Sequence record: DRR378314_197
DNA: 27,981 nucleotides
Reading direction: 5' to 3' (one strand)
In this document: piece by piece, positions 4,857 through 16,136 of the stretch
How the letters are laid out: each line of letters starts with the position of its first letter
Numbering within the stretch: position 1 is the first letter of the stretch
The notes under the pieces: generated by a model
What the model was told of the DNA's origin: nothing
The model's input: only the letters and a program-made list of their open reading frames with translations
Database searches by the model: none
Program-made: the position numbers and the translations under genes

Positions 4857-7046
4857 CTAAAGCTTTAAAGTAATGCGCTGAACTTGCTCAACACCATGAA
4901 CCTGGCGCAGTCTGTCTGTAATACGGCTGAGCGCGTCGCTGTTTTTTACGGTCAGAGTTAACACCACAGTTGCCGACTGTGACTGCGCATCGCTTTCGCT
5001 GTCCATTTGTGCCACCGCCGCTTTTTCGTTCGACAGCACGCTGGTAATGTCATGCAACAAACCGTTACGGTCTAAAGCCGACACACGCAGGCTTGCACGG
5101 TATTCCTGTTTGGAATGCCCAGACCAGGACACTTCAATACCGCGCTCGGGGTGCTGGTGCAATAAATGCTTCAGTTGATCGCAGTCGCTGTGGTGCACGG
5201 ACACGCCCCGTCCCTGAGTAATAAACCCGGTAATAGGCTCACCCGGCAGCGGTTCGCAGCAGTTAGCAAAGTGCATCATCAGGTTACCAATGCCTTCTAC
5301 CGTTACGTCCGACTTCGGCGTTTTTGGTGACTGCTTGGCTTTACGACGTTTAGTTAAGCGCTCTACTTTGTCGGCTTCGGTTTCCTGCGGTTTCAGGAAG
5401 TTCACCACCTGGTGCAAGCGAACGTCGCCAGCCCCAATAGCGGCTAACAAATCGTCCAGCGTCGGCACGTTAAAGCGCTCGACCGCTTTATTAGCATCTG
5501 CCACATGTAACTGATACTTCTGCAATTCGTTTTCCAGTAACTCTTTACCGGCCTGAAGGTTCTTTTCTCTGTCTTCTTTTTTGAAGTAGGTGTGAACCTT
5601 GGCTCGTGCCCGTGACGAATGCAGGTAACCCAGTTGTGGGTTTAACCAGTCGCGCCGTGGCTGGGCGTTTTTCTGAGTCAGAATTTCAACCCGGTCACCG
5701 TTTTGCAACTGGTAAGTAAAAGGCACAATGCGGCTGTCGATTTTAGCGCCAATGCACTTATGCCCTACCTGACTGTGAATGTAGTAAGCAAAATCGAGCG
5801 GGGTTGAGCCCATGGGCAAATCGACCACCTCGCCCTTCGGGGTAAACACGTACACACGGTCTTCAAACACCTGCGAGCGAATTTCATCTACCAGCGTTTC
5901 GCTGCCGGCCATGTCTTCGTGCCAGGCCAGTAGCTTACGCAGCCAGGCTATTTTGTCTTCAAAACCGTGGCGTTTACCGGCGGCTGCGCCCTCTTTGTAC
6001 ATCCAGTGAGCGGCCACGCCCAACTCGGCGTCGTCGTGCATGTCGTGCGAGCGTATCTGAATTTCAACGTTCTTGTGTTCAGGACCAATAACCACGGTAT
6101 GTATGGACTGGTAGCCGTTCGGTTTAGGCGTTGCCACGTAGTCGTCAAACTCGGACGCAATATGGCGCCAACTGGAATGCACAACGCCTAGTGCGGCGTA
6201 ACAGTCTTTCAGGTTATGCGTCAGAATACGTACGGCGCGAATGTCGAACAGCTGGTCAAACTGCAGATGCTTTTTCTGCATTTTGCGCCAAATAGAATAA
6301 ATATGTTTGGGGCGACCATAGACATCGGCATCAATACCCTGCTGCTTCAGTGACTCCTGCAAACCTGACACAAAGTTATCTATGTAGAGTTCGCGGTCGG
6401 TACGGCGCTCATCTAAACGCTGAGCAATGGTTTTGTAGGTTTTAGGATGCAGGTAACGGAAAGAAATGTCCTCCAGTTCCCACTTCAGCTGCCCTATGCC
6501 TAACCGGTTAGCCAGCGGCGCGTATATTTCCGCGCACTCTTTAGCGGCCAGTACCCGGGTTTCTTCGTCGGCTTTCTTCACTTCGCGCAGGTAGCAAATG
6601 CGTTCGGCCAGTTTTATCAGCACCGCGCGCACATCTTCCACCATAGACAGTAACATGCGTCTCACATTGTCTATCTGGCTGCCGTCTGGCTGACCGTGTT
6701 GGAAGTGTTGTAAGTCACCTATACTTTGCATTTGCTGTACGTTACGCAGCAGCACAATCAGGGTTTTCGACTGTTTACCGGTGAGTTTGTCTAAATCGAG
6801 CTTGCCTGCCTCCAGCAATGGCACGTATAACGCCGCCAGCAAGGATTCTGCATCCAGCTTTAGCGGTGCCAGTATTTCGACCATTTCCTGGCCTTTCAGC
6901 AAGGCTTCAGCTTCCTCAGGAAACTGCTGCTTCAGTTGCTGAAAAGTACTTTCTAACGGCTCAGGATCACTCACAGCGTTCAGCCAGTGCTGTTCACTGT
7001 CTTTGTATTTGGGGTCATCCACGTGGGTACTGCGTACATGGACCAT
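4857..7046 (-). CDS. relA: GTP pyrophosphokinase / (p)ppGpp synthetase RelA
   Basis: APLANRLGI, GRPKHIYSI, KPNGYQSIHT, EIQIR, AAHWMYKEG, TGS and ACT domains. Degenerate HD motif as expected for RelA. Confidence 0.97.
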   Translation of the reverse strand: MVHVRSTHVDDPKYKDSEQHWLNAVSDPEPLESTFQQLKQQFPEEAEALLKGQEMVEILAPLKLDAESLLAALYVPLLEAGKLDLDKLTGKQSKTLIVLLRNVQQMQSIGDLQHFQHGQPDGSQIDNVRRMLLSMVEDVRAVLIKLAERICYLREVKKADEETRVLAAKECAEIYAPLANRLGIGQLKWELEDISFRYLHPKTYKTIAQRLDERRTDRELYIDNFVSGLQESLKQQGIDADVYGRPKHIYSIWRKMQKKHLQFDQLFDIRAVRILTHNLKDCYAALGVVHSSWRHIASEFDDYVATPKPNGYQSIHTVVIGPEHKNVEIQIRSHDMHDDAELGVAAHWMYKEGAAAGKRHGFEDKIAWLRKLLAWHEDMAGSETLVDEIRSQVFEDRVYVFTPKGEVVDLPMGSTPLDFAYYIHSQVGHKCIGAKIDSRIVPFTYQLQNGDRVEILTQKNAQPRRDWLNPQLGYLHSSRARAKVHTYFKKEDREKNLQAGKELLENELQKYQLHVADANKAVERFNVPTLDDLLAAIGAGDVRLHQVVNFLKPQETEADKVERLTKRRKAKQSPKTPKSDVTVEGIGNLMMHFANCCEPLPGEPITGFITQGRGVSVHHSDCDQLKHLLHQHPERGIEVSWSGHSKQEYRASLRVSALDRNGLLHDITSVLSNEKAAVAQMDSESDAQSQSATVVLTLTVKNSDALSRITDRLRQVHGVEQVQRITLKL

Positions 7047-7049
7047 GAT

Positions 7050-8402
7050 TTACGACGCTCTCTCCAGACAAACCATAGTTTCAATGTGATGCGTTTGCGG
7101 AAACATGTCAACTGTACTCAGGCCAATTATGCGGTAATTACAGCCCTTGCTTTCGGTTAGCATGCCGGCAATATCCCGCGCCAAAGTATCCGGTGCGCAG
7201 GAAACATACAAAATGCGTTGTGGTCTGTGTTCGGGCTTCAGCTTATGCAGCAACTTCACCACACCTTCAGCTCCCGGTCTGGCAGGATCTAAACACCACA
7301 AATCAGCGGGTTCGCCTAAGTCTGAAGCAGTTATTTCGTTTAAGTCAGCGCTAAGTGAACTCAGGTTATCCATACCGTTGCTTTCGGCGTTAATGCGCGT
7401 CTGCTCGGCCATACGGTAAACACCTTCTACCGCCAGTACCGACTTTGCCCGGCGCGCCAACGGCAGACTGAAGTTACCAATACCGGCAAAAAAGTCATAC
7501 ACGCGCTGTGTTTTTTCTGGCTTCAGCCAGTCCATAGCCTGTTGCACCATGCGCTGGTTAATACCGCCGTTAACTTGTAGGAAGTCACCCGGCTGAAAAT
7601 ACAGCTTGTCGCCGTCGATGCTAGTATCAAAAGGCATTGCAGCACCGGCTAAAGGCTGCAGATCATTCTCGCTCTGTAACCAAATATTGGTTTTATTGAC
7701 CGTTTGCCACTCCTGCAACGCCTGCATAGCATCACCCGGCAGCGCTTCCGTGATACGCAGCAAAATAATGGGCGTGTTGGTGTTTATTGCTTCAATATGG
7801 CCCAGCTTGCTGGCAACAGTCGATGTATTTAATAACGGGTATAGGGTATTTACGCATTGCAGCAGAATTTCATCGGCTACCAGGCAATCTTCTATGGGCA
7901 CAATATGGTGGCTTTGCGCTTCTCTGAAACCAATCAGCAGCTTTTGCTCTTTGCCCAACCAGCGCGTTGCCAGCCTCACTCTGCGACGGTAACGCATCGG
8001 TTCGCTGACAAGAGGTTCCTGCCACGGCAGACTGCTGGTTTGGGGATTAAATACGCCGAACTTCTGAAACAGCTCTTCCACCACTTGCCGCTTATGAGCC
8101 AGTTGTTTTTGCTCGTCTATATGCTGAAAGTCGCAACCTCCACAGCTAGCATAATACTCACAGGGCGCTTCGCGACGGTCGCTACTGGGTTCCAGAATAC
8201 GCTCTAAATGACCACTGTGTTTGCCGGCGGTTTTGTACTCTATAACCTCGCCCGGCAAGGCGCCCATGATAAAACGGGTGGACTGACCTTTTACAGCTGC
8301 ACGGACAACCGCACGCGCCTGATGGTCAAGTGCTGACACCTGACCTTTTAGGGTTTTACTTACGGACTTATTGCGCTTCTGCGGCTTAAAAAATTGCGCC
8401 AT
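7050..8402 (-). CDS. rlmD: 23S rRNA m5U1939 methyltransferase RlmD
   Basis: CxxxxxCGGC Fe-S motif, FLQVN, DFFAGIGNF, LDPAR, YVSC, DMFPQTHHIE; upstream of relA. Confidence 0.93.
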   Translation of the reverse strand: MAQFFKPQKRNKSVSKTLKGQVSALDHQARAVVRAAVKGQSTRFIMGALPGEVIEYKTAGKHSGHLERILEPSSDRREAPCEYYASCGGCDFQHIDEQKQLAHKRQVVEELFQKFGVFNPQTSSLPWQEPLVSEPMRYRRRVRLATRWLGKEQKLLIGFREAQSHHIVPIEDCLVADEILLQCVNTLYPLLNTSTVASKLGHIEAINTNTPIILLRITEALPGDAMQALQEWQTVNKTNIWLQSENDLQPLAGAAMPFDTSIDGDKLYFQPGDFLQVNGGINQRMVQQAMDWLKPEKTQRVYDFFAGIGNFSLPLARRAKSVLAVEGVYRMAEQTRINAESNGMDNLSSLSADLNEITASDLGEPADLWCLDPARPGAEGVVKLLHKLKPEHRPQRILYVSCAPDTLARDIAGMLTESKGCNYRIIGLSTVDMFPQTHHIETMVCLERAS

Positions 8403-8429
8403 GTTGGTTTTGTTTTACCTAATTTATTT

Positions 8430-8810
8430 CTAGTCTGTTTCTAAAATAACCGTTGCTACCGCGTAGTGCTTTTCGTCACTAATGGATAAATGACTACCGC
8501 TGATGCCCTGCTCTTTTACCCATTGTGCCGCGGTTTCGGTGAAATGCCACTCGGGTTTACCGTATTCATTATGCACTACCTGCATATGCTGAAACGACAG
8601 TCCGGCGGAAATACCCCGGCCAAAGGCTTTGGAACAGGCTTCTTTAGCAGCAAAACGTTTGGCCAGAAAAGCGGCTTCATCAACCGAGGCTGTCATTTCT
8701 TCCTGTTCTTTTGGCGTTAACACGCGTTTCACTAAACTGTTGCCACGCGCTAAAGACTGCTCTATACGGGCTACTTCAACAATGTCAGTACCTAAGCCCC
8801 AAATTGCCAT
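8430..8810 (-). CDS. acpS: Holo-[acyl-carrier-protein] synthase
   Basis: GLGTDIVE, KRFAAKEACSKA, HLSISDEKHYAVA. Confidence 0.96.
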   Translation of the reverse strand: MAIWGLGTDIVEVARIEQSLARGNSLVKRVLTPKEQEEMTASVDEAAFLAKRFAAKEACSKAFGRGISAGLSFQHMQVVHNEYGKPEWHFTETAAQWVKEQGISGSHLSISDEKHYAVATVILETD

Positions 8811-9538
8811 TAGCGTGCCTTATCTAAAATATTGCGCATATCGCGCACAGCCTGATCCAAGCCAACCAATACCGCACGGGCAATAATCGAATGACCAATG
8901 TTCAGTTCACAAACTTGTGGAATTTCCGCCACTTCTAATGTGTTGTGATAATGCAGACCGTGACCTACATTCACCTGCAAACCAATAGAATGCGCGTATT
9001 CTGACGCTTCCATTAAGCGTGCCAGTTCAACGGTACGCTGCTCTTCAGTTTCGGCCTCTGCGTATTGCCCGGTGTGCAATTCCACAATGGGCGCACCGGC
9101 TTTTTTAGCAGCGTCTATTTGCTCATGGTCAGCGTCGATAAACAACGACACCTGAATACCTGCGTCACTTAAGCGACGAGTAGCATCGGTGATGGTTTCT
9201 AACTGACCGGCAACATTCAGGCCACCTTCTGTAGTCAGTTCCTGGCGTTTTTCCGGTACCAGACAACTGTAGGTAGGTTGCGTTTTTATCGCTATATCGA
9301 GCATTTCCTCGGTAACAGCCATTTCCAGATTCATGGGAACGTTCAATGTCTGCTTCAGCATAGCAACGTCGCGGTCAGTAATGTGGCGGCGGTCTTCACG
9401 CAAATGAATGGTAATGCCGTCGGCACCAGCTTGTTCGGCAATAGCTGCCGCAGCTACCGGGTCGGGATAACGGACTCCACGTGCGTTACGCAATGTGGCC
9501 ACATGGTCAATGTTAACGCCCAGGCGTAAACCTTTCAT
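8810..9538 (-). CDS. pdxJ: Pyridoxine 5'-phosphate synthase
   Basis: [41 protein letters not shown]. Confidence 0.97.
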   Translation of the reverse strand: MKGLRLGVNIDHVATLRNARGVRYPDPVAAAAIAEQAGADGITIHLREDRRHITDRDVAMLKQTLNVPMNLEMAVTEEMLDIAIKTQPTYSCLVPEKRQELTTEGGLNVAGQLETITDATRRLSDAGIQVSLFIDADHEQIDAAKKAGAPIVELHTGQYAEAETEEQRTVELARLMEASEYAHSIGLQVNVGHGLHYHNTLEVAEIPQVCELNIGHSIIARAVLVGLDQAVRDMRNILDKAR

Positions 9539-9576
9539 TATTCAGCTCCTTTCGCTTTCGGCTAGTTCTTCGTAAT

Positions 9577-10281
9577 TCACTGACGCTTAGTGCCCCGGAA
9601 CAATTCACGACTGCGCAGCGGTTTATCACCTAAGTAAACCGCTAAGGCGTCACGCATAATATATTTTAGCAGTCTTAAGCGGTTTTCGTCGTCAACATCC
9701 CACGCGGCCAGTTTTTGAATATCCGCCACCGAGTATGCTCGTTGTTGATTGTCTCTGGCTTGGGTCACAAAGCCATGATCGGGAATAAAATAGCACCACT
9801 TCGAGTCGGACAGCACATTACCGGTGTCGGCGTCATAATGCCAGTCAAACGCCGCTCCCAGATGCTGTAATAACTGCCATTCAAACTGACGCAAAGCTGG
9901 CTCTACGCGCTCGCTGTTGGTCATGTTTTGTAAGGCCGACAAGTAGCTTTCAAAAAGCTCGGGGGCTTCAGCTTCTGTAGGCACTAGCCGTTGAATTAAC
10001 TCGTTGAGGTAAAAGCCACTGTAGAGTTTATCACCCTGCAACAGCAGCTTTTGAGTGGTTTGCTGCGGTTCCAGCAAGGTTAAGGTTTTTAAGTCGCTGC
10101 GCCCCTGAAACTCGGCCAACAGTGGCATAAAAGGTTGTGCTAAACCGCGCCAGGGGCTTTTCGGGCGCTTAGCGCCTTTTGCCACCACCCGAACCCGTCC
10201 TTTATCTTCAGTGAACAGATCCAGAATGAGACTGGTTTCCTGATAGTCCCAACGATGCAACACCAGTGCCCGCTGTGCCAC
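9577..10281 (-). CDS. recO: DNA repair protein RecO
   Basis: VLHRWDYQETSLILDLFT, LYSGFYLNEL, KPLRSRELF; between era and pdxJ. Confidence 0.95.
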   Translation of the reverse strand: MAQRALVLHRWDYQETSLILDLFTEDKGRVRVVAKGAKRPKSPWRGLAQPFMPLLAEFQGRSDLKTLTLLEPQQTTQKLLLQGDKLYSGFYLNELIQRLVPTEAEAPELFESYLSALQNMTNSERVEPALRQFEWQLLQHLGAAFDWHYDADTGNVLSDSKWCYFIPDHGFVTQARDNQQRAYSVADIQKLAAWDVDDENRLRLLKYIMRDALAVYLGDKPLRSRELFRGTKRQ

Positions 10282-10284
10282 CGG

Positions 10285-11202
10285 TTAATCTTCCCGGTAG
10301 CCCAGACTTTTCAACGCTCTTTCGTCGTCCGACCAACCAGATTTTACCTTAACCCAAAGTTTCATCATGACTTTGTTGTCCAGCAGCTTTTCTAAATCGC
10401 GCCGGGCTTCGGTGCCTATAGTTTTCAGTTTGCTACCGCCCTGACCGATGATCATGCGTTTCTGCGCTTCGCGTTCAACCAGTATTAAGGCATGAATGTG
10501 AGTGGTGCCCTTTTCAGACTGACCAAACTGTTCAATTTCCACGGTCGTTTCATAAGGCAGTTCATCACCGGTAAAGCGCATTAGCTTTTCACGCACAATT
10601 TCTGCCGCCATAAAACGTACAGAACGGTCGGTTACATAGTCTTCGGGGTAATAGTGGTAGCCCGGCTGCAAATGCGAGCGAACAATTTTTCGCAGCTCAT
10701 CAATATTGTCACCATGAGTTGCTGATATAGGCAGAATGGCGTCAAACTTATGCTGCTCATTCAGCCACTGCAAATGCGGTAACAAACGCTCTTTGTCTTT
10801 CAGCTGGTCGACTTTATTAACCAACAGAACCACCGGCGTTTTACTGCGCTGAATTTTTTCCAGCACCATTTTGTCGTCTTCTAGCCACTTTAAGTTTTCG
10901 ACCACAAACAGCACTAAGTCCACGTCTTTTAACGCGGAAGAAGCGGTCTGATTCATCACCCGGTTTATGGCCCGGGGTTCTTCTTTATGCATACCCGGCG
11001 TGTCGACATAAATAGCCTGACAACCCTCGTCGGTGTCCACACCTAAAATACGATGACGGGTGGTCTGAGGTTTATTTGAGGTAATGCTGATTTTCTGACC
11101 CAGCAAATAATTAATCAATGTGGATTTACCCACATTCGGACGACCAACAATAGCGACAAAGCCGCTGTGTTTATTCTCGTCCAGTTCTATATCCAGCGTC
11201 AT
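10285..11202 (-). CDS. era: GTPase Era
   Basis: [21 protein letters not shown] and a KH domain. Confidence 0.97.
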   Translation of the reverse strand: MTLDIELDENKHSGFVAIVGRPNVGKSTLINYLLGQKISITSNKPQTTRHRILGVDTDEGCQAIYVDTPGMHKEEPRAINRVMNQTASSALKDVDLVLFVVENLKWLEDDKMVLEKIQRSKTPVVLLVNKVDQLKDKERLLPHLQWLNEQHKFDAILPISATHGDNIDELRKIVRSHLQPGYHYYPEDYVTDRSVRFMAAEIVREKLMRFTGDELPYETTVEIEQFGQSEKGTTHIHALILVEREAQKRMIIGQGGSKLKTIGTEARRDLEKLLDNKVMMKLWVKVKSGWSDDERALKSLGYRED

Positions 11203-11888
11203 GCGCTCTCCTGCAAATGTTCTAATGCGGCCGTTGCTGCAGCCTGTTCGGCTTTACGGCGGCTGGTACCTGTGCCTTTAAAAGGACTTTCGATACCTTC
11301 TACAGAACAGTTTACGGTAAATTGTTGATTATGCGCCTGCCCCTGCGTAGCGACCACGTCGTACTCAGGTAGAGGCTTCTGACGCGCCTGCAGTAACTCC
11401 TGCAGGCGTGTTTTTGGGTCTTTCTGGCTGGTGCCGGGCTCAATCAAGGTTAACTGGGGTTCGAACCAGTTAAGAATGGCCTGCCGAATGGTATCCATGT
11501 CACTGTCGAGGTAAATGGCACCAATTATGGCTTCTACTGCATCGGCAAGAATGGACTCGCGACGATAACCGCCGCTTTTTAACTCGCCCTGACCCAGCGA
11601 CAAAAAATCGCCCAGTCCCATTTTTTTTCCAAGCTTCGCCAAAGAACGACCACAAACTATCGCGGCGCGCATGCGGCTTAAATCGCCTTCTGCCACTTTG
11701 GGAAACTTTTGATACAAAGCTTCAGCTATCACCAGACCTAAAATAGAATCGCCCAGAAACTCCAGGCGTTCATTGTGTGTTGATGATGCACTACGGTGGG
11801 TCATTGCCTGACGCAATAAATCCTGCTGTTCAAAGCTATGACCAACAATTTTTTCCAGTTCCGTTAAAGGTGGTTTGGGCAAACTCAC
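11199..11888 (-). CDS. rnc: Ribonuclease III
   Basis: [13 protein letters not shown] signature; C-terminal ds[12 protein letters not shown]...AEQAAA. Confidence 0.97.
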   Translation of the reverse strand: MSLPKPPLTELEKIVGHSFEQQDLLRQAMTHRSASSTHNERLEFLGDSILGLVIAEALYQKFPKVAEGDLSRMRAAIVCGRSLAKLGKKMGLGDFLSLGQGELKSGGYRRESILADAVEAIIGAIYLDSDMDTIRQAILNWFEPQLTLIEPGTSQKDPKTRLQELLQARQKPLPEYDVVATQGQAHNQQFTVNCSVEGIESPFKGTGTSRRKAEQAAATAALEHLQESA

Positions 11889-12805
11889 TCAATACTCCCT
11901 AGCCTTTCAAATCGAACTCCCGTAGGAACCCACGACGGCAACCAACTATCGCTACTGCGATCCATTTCAAAACTCATCCAGATGAATACCGCTTTGCCAA
12001 CCAGCAGCTCTTCGTCAACGAAGCCCCAGTAGCGGCTATCACGAGAATTATCGCGGTTATCACCCATAGCAAAATACTGACCTTCCGGCACCACCCACTC
12101 GTCTTTCTGTGTGCCCGGCTGGTTAAAATACGACATAGTCCGTGGCGCAACACGTGGGTCGATAAGAATTTCGTGGCTTACATCGCCTAACTGTTCTTCA
12201 TAAGTGCGTAAAGGTGACGAACCAGAGAAATACTCACCATCTTCTTTTAATGAGGTGGATACCACCTTCATTTCTTCACAATCTTTCTCGCCAGCGGCAC
12301 ACGCAGGCTGAATATAAAGTGACTTGTTACGGTAAATAATACGATCGCCAGGCAAGCCAATAATGCGTTTTATGTAATCTATGCTCGGTTCTTCCGGATA
12401 TTTAAATACGGCGATATCGCCGCGTTCAGGCAACGAGGTATCCACCAACGTCTTTTGAAAAAGCGGATCTTTAATACCGTAGGAAAACTTTTCTACCAGA
12501 ATGAAGTCACCTTTCAGCAACGTCGGCATCATTGAGCCTGACGGTATCTGGAACGGCTCGTATAACAATGTACGAACCACCAGTACTAAAGCAATAACCG
12601 GAAAAATAGACTCGCTCAGCTCCATAAGTTTAGGCTGAGGCGCCAGAGTGTCAATTTGCTCGTCGGTTAAAGCTTTGGTTGTTTTTGTCTCAACCTCAGC
12701 AATAACCGCTTTACGCTTTGGTTTTAAGACCTTCGCATCGTAAAGCCATAACAGCCCGGAAACTATGGTAATAACGGTTAAAATAATTGAAAAATAATTG
12801 GCCAT
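11885..12805 (-). CDS. lepB: Signal peptidase I
   Basis: [36 protein letters not shown]. Confidence 0.96.
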   Translation of the reverse strand: MANYFSIILTVITIVSGLLWLYDAKVLKPKRKAVIAEVETKTTKALTDEQIDTLAPQPKLMELSESIFPVIALVLVVRTLLYEPFQIPSGSMMPTLLKGDFILVEKFSYGIKDPLFQKTLVDTSLPERGDIAVFKYPEEPSIDYIKRIIGLPGDRIIYRNKSLYIQPACAAGEKDCEEMKVVSTSLKEDGEYFSGSSPLRTYEEQLGDVSHEILIDPRVAPRTMSYFNQPGTQKDEWVVPEGQYFAMGDNRDNSRDSRYWGFVDEELLVGKAVFIWMSFEMDRSSDSWLPSWVPTGVRFERLGSIE

Positions 12806-12808
12806 TTC

Positions 12809-14620
12809 CTATTTGCCTACTTTTAAAACCGCAAGGAAGGCTTCCTGAGGTACTTCTACGTTACCCAGGTTCTTCATGCGCTTTTTACCCTCTTTTTGTT
12901 TTTGTAAAAGCTTCTTCTTACGACTAATGTCGCCGCCATAACACTTCGCTGTTACGTTTTTACGCAGCTGCTTGACCGTTGAGCGCGCAATAACATGGTT
13001 GCCAATGGTCGCCTGAATGGCAATATCAAACATTTGTCGAGGAATAAGCTCACGCATTTTATCAACTAGCATCCGGCCGCGTCCTTCAGCGTGATCACGG
13101 TGAGTGATCATTGCCAGCGCATCTACCCGGTCGCCGTTAATCAGTATATCGACACGAACCATGTCCGCAGGTTCAAATTTCTTGAACTGATAATCCAATG
13201 AAGCGTAACCACGACTGGTCGATTTCAACCGATCGAAGAAATCCATAACCACTTCTGCCATAGGCAGCTCGTAAGTTACCGCTACTTGTTTACCGTGATA
13301 AGCCATAGCCGTTTGTACACCGCGCTTATCAACACATAAGGTAATCACATTACCCAGAAACTCTTGCGGAACCAAAATGTTGGCTTCCACAATAGGTTCG
13401 TAAATGGTTTCAATATCGTTAACCGCCGGCAAGTTCACCGGGTTGTCCACTTTAACTATACTGCCATCAGTCTTTTCAACTTCGTAAACAACCGTTGGTG
13501 CCGTGGTAATCAAGTCTATGTCGTACTCACGTTCTAAGCGTTCCTGAATAATTTCCATGTGCAGCATGCCAAGGAAACCACAACGGAAACCAAAGCCAAG
13601 TGCCGCAGAGTTTTCCGGCTCATAAAAAAGCGACGCATCATTTAACGACAATTTCCCCAAAGCATCCCGGAACGACTCATAGTCCTCTGAGCTGATTGGA
13701 AACATACCTGCGTAAACCTGAGGTTTGACTTTTTTAAAGCCCGGTACCGGTTCTTTTGCCGGATTACGGGTATTGGTCAGGGTGTCACCGACCGGCGCGC
13801 CCAGAATGTCTTTAATACCCGAAATAACATAGCCCACCTCGCCGGTGTGCAAAATACCTGTCTCGTGAGGTTTCGGGTCAAAATAACCAACTTTATCAAT
13901 TTGATACGACTGACCAGTGGACATTACTGTCATTTTCTCGCCGGCACGCAACGTTCCGTTACGGACGCGAACCAAAGAAACAACCCCCTGATAATTATCA
14001 AACCAGGAGTCAATAATCAGTGCCTGTAATGGCTCTTCTGGTTCGCCCTTGGGCGGCGGTATTTGTCGGACAATGCGCTCAAGCACGTCGTCAATACCTA
14101 AACCAGTTTTAGCCGAACACTGAACCGCATCCACCGCTTCAATGCCGACTATATCTTCTATTTCCTGCGCCACGCCCATTGCATCGGCCTGCGGCAGGTC
14201 AATTTTGTTCAACACCGGAACAACTTCTAAGTCCATTTCTATAGCGGTATAACAGTTTGCCAAAGTCTGCGCTTCAACACCCTGAGCTGCATCAACAACC
14301 AACAGCGCCCCTTCACAACCCGCCAACGAACGCGAGACTTCATAAGAGAAGTCAACGTGCCCTGGAGTATCGATGAAGTTTAACTGGTAGGTTTCACCAT
14401 CTTTAGCCGTGTAATAAAGGGTTACGCTCTGTGCTTTAATCGTAATACCCCGCTCACGCTCCAAATCCATGGAATCGAGTACTTGCTCAGCCATCTCACG
14501 GTCAGTCAGCCCACCGCAATGCTGGATCAAGCGATCGGACAAGGTGGATTTACCGTGGTCAATGTGAGCGATGATCGAGAAGTTACGAATATTACTTTGC
14601 TTGAACGCCCTATTCGGCAT
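12809..14620 (-). CDS. lepA: Elongation factor 4 (LepA)
   Basis: [41 protein letters not shown]. Confidence 0.98.
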   Translation of the reverse strand: MPNRAFKQSNIRNFSIIAHIDHGKSTLSDRLIQHCGGLTDREMAEQVLDSMDLERERGITIKAQSVTLYYTAKDGETYQLNFIDTPGHVDFSYEVSRSLAGCEGALLVVDAAQGVEAQTLANCYTAIEMDLEVVPVLNKIDLPQADAMGVAQEIEDIVGIEAVDAVQCSAKTGLGIDDVLERIVRQIPPPKGEPEEPLQALIIDSWFDNYQGVVSLVRVRNGTLRAGEKMTVMSTGQSYQIDKVGYFDPKPHETGILHTGEVGYVISGIKDILGAPVGDTLTNTRNPAKEPVPGFKKVKPQVYAGMFPISSEDYESFRDALGKLSLNDASLFYEPENSAALGFGFRCGFLGMLHMEIIQERLEREYDIDLITTAPTVVYEVEKTDGSIVKVDNPVNLPAVNDIETIYEPIVEANILVPQEFLGNVITLCVDKRGVQTAMAYHGKQVAVTYELPMAEVVMDFFDRLKSTSRGYASLDYQFKKFEPADMVRVDILINGDRVDALAMITHRDHAEGRGRMLVDKMRELIPRQMFDIAIQATIGNHVIARSTVKQLRKNVTAKCYGGDISRKKKLLQKQKEGKKRMKNLGNVEVPQEAFLAVLKVGK

Positions 14621-14723
14621 TGATGATACCTCTGTAAAACTGAATTCTGGAACTTAAAAAATTAGTCCCGATCATACTCATGTTAGCGGCAAGAACAAAG
14701 GACTTTATGACAGTTCAGGGGTT

Positions 14724-15167
14724 TCAGTGCTGAACTTCAGCCGCGACGGTTTCCAGTTTGACCATTGCATTGACTTGAATGTCACGTTTACGGAACCAGC
14801 GTTTTAGTCCCCAGAAGGTAAAAGCAAAGCCAGCAAAGGACAATAAAATAACAAAACCTTCGGGTAACGTGCCTGTGTTTTCCAGTAGCACAGCTAATAG
14901 CAACAGTGTCAGTATGGGTAAACCGTAGAGTAGTAAAGCAAAGCGTGTTACTGCGGTTTCCGGTACTTCTAATTGCACCTGGTCGCCGGGACTAAACGTT
15001 TGTTCGGTAACCACAGTAAACTGCGCATTTCGGTCGGCAAAAACTTTACTTAAAATGCCAGCGCCACAGTTAGATACCTGCGCGCAACCCGAGCAGGCCG
15101 TTTTTAATTGGGTGGTAACGGTTACGCGGTTGCCATCAACCGCGGTTACTTCTGCTACTTCTTTCAT
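14724..15167 (-). CDS. rseC: SoxR-reducing system / sigma-E operon protein RseC
   Basis: CSGC...CG motif, two TM helices, last gene of rpoE-rseAB. Confidence 0.88.
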   Translation of the reverse strand: MKEVAEVTAVDGNRVTVTTQLKTACSGCAQVSNCGAGILSKVFADRNAQFTVVTEQTFSPGDQVQLEVPETAVTRFALLLYGLPILTLLLLAVLLENTGTLPEGFVILLSFAGFAFTFWGLKRWFRKRDIQVNAMVKLETVAAEVQH

Positions 15168-16132
15168 TATTTAACTTCCGCCGCTATGCGCTGAGCCATG
15201 GTTAAAGGTACCTGACCCACCACTGTCACAAGAAAGTTATTATAACGCTTTGAGAACAAAGTGTGTGAAGAAGATAGAGCGAGATCGGTTTCCATACCTT
15301 CTGTTAGCTCAGCCACATAAACCGAGTACTCAGCAAGACCATCAGAAAACAAATAATGGTCAACCGGCGTTGCATCAACAACGAGAGTATGGCTTTGCTG
15401 GCTTAACAATTTGAATCCGCGCGGTGCCCACCGCGGCCCAACACTGTAATTTGTTGCACTTTGTACCCGAAGATCTTTTAACAGCGGTGGCATTTCAATA
15501 TTGCTTATTTCTTTGGTTATTTCGGGAGCGGTATCACGAACCGATAAACTGGTTAATTGCATTTGCTCCACAACATCGCCGGACTGATTCATCATGATCA
15601 TTTTAAGCGGCATACCGTGCTTGCGGTCAATCCATAGTGCATAGCTGTAACGCTGATTATCGCGGCTTAAAATACGAATATGCTGGGCATTACGACCTAA
15701 AACCCGTGCGCCACCACCCACCATAACTTGATAACTATGGCTAAGACGCTCAAAGGGTTGAGAAAATGCGGCCGGAAAGATAGCTGTAATAGTATCGGAC
15801 TCTAGCGCGTAATTACTGGATGAGGTATTAAAGTGGGCAACCTTGTTATTCACTCTTAAGATGCGAAAGTCCGGACCATTCATTTGAATTAACAGTTCGG
15901 TACTTCCTGTCTCCGGATCGTTGCCCTGTAGCCATTGATAAGGCTCAATTTGATCACCATGTACATGAACTAAAGAAGCCTCAAAATTCAGTTCAGTTAA
16001 AGCTTCTGCCATACGGTTGAACCAGTCAGCGCCACTTTCTGCTGGTTCGTTAGTCTGCTGTGCGCTTACCGAGAAGGTGCCGGCGAATAAAACAGCGCCA
16101 CATAAAATAGACCGATACAACCGAGTTATCAT
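15167..16132 (-). CDS. rseB: Periplasmic sigma-E regulator RseB/MucB
   Basis: Signal peptide; LFSDGLAEYSVYV and VTVVGQVP motifs. ATG 16132 preferred over 16174 because it follows the rseA stop with an AAGG RBS. Confidence 0.9.
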   Translation of the reverse strand: MITRLYRSILCGAVLFAGTFSVSAQQTNEPAESGADWFNRMAEALTELNFEASLVHVHGDQIEPYQWLQGNDPETGSTELLIQMNGPDFRILRVNNKVAHFNTSSSNYALESDTITAIFPAAFSQPFERLSHSYQVMVGGGARVLGRNAQHIRILSRDNQRYSYALWIDRKHGMPLKMIMMNQSGDVVEQMQLTSLSVRDTAPEITKEISNIEMPPLLKDLRVQSATNYSVGPRWAPRGFKLLSQQSHTLVVDATPVDHYLFSDGLAEYSVYVAELTEGMETDLALSSSHTLFSKRYNNFLVTVVGQVPLTMAQRIAAEVK

Positions 16133-16136
16133 AGCC

